Shown piece after piece: positions 61,343 to 64,000 of a stretch of 64,000 nucleotides of DNA. The notes beneath the pieces were generated by a model. That model was not told the origin of the DNA. It searched no databases and saw only the letters and a program-made list of their open reading frames with translations. The stretch comes from Heteronotia binoei (taxonomy: Eukaryota): contig NW_026800101.1 in assembly GCF_032191835.1 (NCBI RefSeq), forward strand, positions 1 through 64,000. Direction: 5' to 3'. How positions within the stretch are numbered: position 1 is the stretch's first letter; the number at the start of each line of letters is the position of its first letter. Made by a program: the position numbers and the translations under genes.

Positions 61343-62482
61343 CATGTACCACTTAAAAGTGTTGTTGAGCCTGATTCCTGCTGTCTCTGTGAACATGTGG
61401 AAAACAGAGGTACAGATTTAAATGCATTTGGTCTGTTGTTGTTTTTTTAAATCAACTTGATGGCCATAAAGAAGGTTTAAAATTGTATAATCTCAGCCTA
61501 GCTGTGGTTTCTGTGATACCTATGAAATATATAATTTGAGGATATATATTTTTATTTGCCCTTCCTCCAGGGTGATTAACTGGGGAAATCATATCTTGCA
61601 TATGTTGGCTATAGGGACAATTCCCAAGTGCTTCGAAATGGCCCAAATGAGGAGACGGACCCCTCACTTCTGTTCTTGTGAGCAGTTCTCCATGTTCTCT
61701 TGCGCACAAAAGTGAAGCCTTTGAGTTAACGGTTGTTTGTGGAAATAGGCAGCTGATGGATTGTAAGAATCAGTTCTGAGAGAAAGGCGATAATGATTTG
61801 TTGCTCGTTTGGAGTCATATAGTGCCCTCTCCTAAGGTCTCAGGGCAACTTTCTGCAGTTTAGTTGTATGTGTGGATCTGTATTTCTTAAATGGCTTACT
61901 AAAAATTGACCACATAAATAGACCTTGGGAGGGAGAGGAACAGCGAGGAAAGCATCAGCCATCCCATACATGGAGAATGCTGAGTTCCCCTGTAAGTGGA
62001 TGAGTGGATCTGCAGGAGCAATGGAGAAGTGATCCATGAGCAAGTGTGTCACTTTTCTTTGCCTTTGTCCCTCGTACAGGCAGGAAATATTGTCTCAACA
62101 CCCCTGTTTTCCTCCTTCTATCTCTTGGCTGTCCTGTCTAAAGCGGTTAGTCTCATGTTCTTAGTTAAACCAGGCCAGAACACTTGTCATCCTGCCATGT
62201 TGCAACTTCAGCGTGCAAGCACAATGCCTGCCTTGGCTATGAATATCTGGGGTTTTCTCATGGCCACCCTTTATTGTTAGCCCTTCCCCCCCCTCTCCTC
62301 TGCTCTCCTTTGCCTGAAGTAAGCTACACTTTCTTCATGTGGGTTTTCCTTTTCTGGTCCACAGCTTCCTCTGTCACCTTCCTCTAGCCTAGCTCTGGTT
62401 TGCTTCTTACTTCCTAGAACTCTTCATGCTGAGCTGATCAGCCTTCCTTTCCAGAAAAAGATAACATTTCGTATCCCTAGGG

Positions 62483-63057
62483 CAGGGGTGGGGAACCATT
62501 TTTCTGCCAAGGGCCATGTGGATATTTATAACATCATTTGCGGGCCATAAAAATTTATCAACTTAAAAAACAGTGCTCCGCTGAGGAAGAATGATTCAGG
62601 CCAGCAAAATTAATGCAAATAATTGTTTTTCTATTTGAAGTCATGTGAGGAGAGCGTAATCTGGCACACACCCACCCGGCCCGCTGCCCTAGGCAAATTC
62701 ATAGGTCCAGGGCTTTTTTGTAGAAAAAGCCCAGCAGGAACTCAGTAGCATATTAGACCACATCCCCTAATATTAGCATATTAGGTAACACACTCATTAG
62801 CATATTAGGCTACACCATCTGGGATAATCAAGTGCAAACTGAACTGGGACAGTAACTTTTCCAGGCCCTGCAGCAATTTTGGCCGGCCAGCCAGGCCCCA
62901 GGGAGGCTACCACACAGTACATCTGGGCCCTGTGATTCCCTGCCTGGCCCTGGGGAGGCTGCCACATGACTCAGTTCAGCTCAGCAATCCTCGAGGGCCA
63001 CACCAAGTGACTTCGAGTGCCGTATATGGCCCTCGGGACGGAGGTTCCCCACCCCTG
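62483..63057. mobile_element. CAGGGGTGGGGAACC hAT MITE containing a CAGGGC-family fragment
   Basis: Perfect 15-bp TIRs; perfect TSD CCCTAGGG (62475-62482 and 63058-63065). Confidence 0.92.
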
Positions 63058-63574
63058 CCCTAGGGCATTGTGTGGGTTTCCTCAAGCCAAGTTGACCCTT
63101 AGCTCTGGGCTTTTTCTGGCATTACCATTAGTGGCACAGGAGCAGCTGCACATTGGCCAGCTCAGAGGACCCCATATTGTGGCTTCCCCCCCCCCCCCCA
63201 CTTCAGTGTTGTTCCCGTTTATGGAAGGGGCAACACTGATGTGGGAAGGAGCCATGGCATGGATTCCTCCTATGTGACTGTAGACTTCTGGCTTGCCCAT
63301 TAAAGGTAATACCAAAAAGGGCTCTTCAGTCCACGGTGGTAGAATTTTGCAAACATTCCATTGCTGACAGCTCCCCTCAGAAGATAGATGTTGATGAACG
63401 GCTTCAGCCAAACCAAAAGGTGAGAGAGGCTTCAGTCCCATTATATGCCTTAGCATATTGAAGCATACATATTAAAGGATGAACAAGCTACTCCTGGAAG
63501 TTTTCCCTCCCTGGATTCCATAGGTGCTTGGCAGTGGCACAATGTACTGATCACATGTTCTGCTCATTTTATAG

Positions 63575-63661
63575 GAGCTCCTCAGAGATGACGTCTGCTC
63601 TGCTCTGGAAGAAGTAGTGGAACTTGAGGAGCCATCAAGTGTTAAGCAGATTCCGACAAAG
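63575..63661 (+). CDS. Internal coding exon, 87 nt, phase 0/0 (ELLRDDVCSALEEVVELEEPSSVKQIPTK)
   Basis: tgctcattttatag acceptor, AAG|GTAAAT donor, length divisible by 3, open frame, purine-rich exon composition. Confidence 0.7.
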
Positions 63662-64000
63662 GTAAATGTAATGTCTCCACTAAGTACCTGTTACTCCCAT
63701 CCCAATGCACTTAAATCAGTACCTCCCAGCATGGTGTTGCATGTTGGCATGGGAGCAGTGTATTTGTTGCTATGTTTCTTTGGAGTGTAGTTTGAATTTC
63801 CTGTGTTATGTCTTCTTGGCCCAAAGGCAGGGCTTAAGCCATATCTGCTATACTCGGTCCATTGGTCTGCAGTGGCTCTGTATGGAAAGCCTTCCTCCCA
63901 TGTGATTTCTGTTAGAGGTATCTTCCTTTCCAAATTCCGTATTGTGTTATTTGGAGCTTGTCAGGCCAATATTTTAATTTGATTTTGTTGGTATTTTGTA

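Noticed and set aside
1-64000. Most ORFs in the six-frame track (e.g. 1584-2177, 4476-4904, 8157-8606, 18593-19015, 31274-31846, 60612-61139)
   Set aside because: They run through MITE or SINE sequence or low-complexity DNA, often start at non-ATG codons and lack splice context; they are chance frames.

Overview
Vertebrate genomic DNA, most likely a gecko or other squamate. This is inferred from the repeat families: Sauria/Squam1-, Squam2- and Squam3-like SINEs, 5S-derived SINEs, CR1, L2, L1, BovB-like and Penelope-like ends, and many hAT/Harbinger MITEs. Much of the window is transposon-derived and often deeply nested; there is an assembly gap at 28574-28742. No complete host gene and no recognisable gene symbol can be called. 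Non-repeat signals are: (i) a CpG-rich promoter at about 40.8-41.2 kb with adjacent RFX X-box-like, YY1 and ETS-like motifs; (ii) a 95-codon ATG-initiated exon-like ORF at 42100-42384 ending in a GT donor, plus a clean internal exon at 63575-63661, suggesting the 5' part of an unidentified plus-strand (possibly ciliary/testis) gene; (iii) several CpG-retaining non-coding blocks that look like conserved enhancers, notably 29.1-29.9 kb with three CATTTTATGG (Cdx/posterior-Hox-type) sites; and (iv) a full-length decayed U2 snRNA copy. The most unusual structures are a 738-bp insertion that is almost entirely a palindrome with a 14-bp target duplication (34.36-35.10 kb), multiple Penelope-type ends carrying minimal hammerhead-ribozyme cores, and a fold-back CR1 that also hosts an L1 fragment and a SINE. 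I found no evidence for a wholly new multi-gene system. All family names come from recalled consensus features, not database searches.
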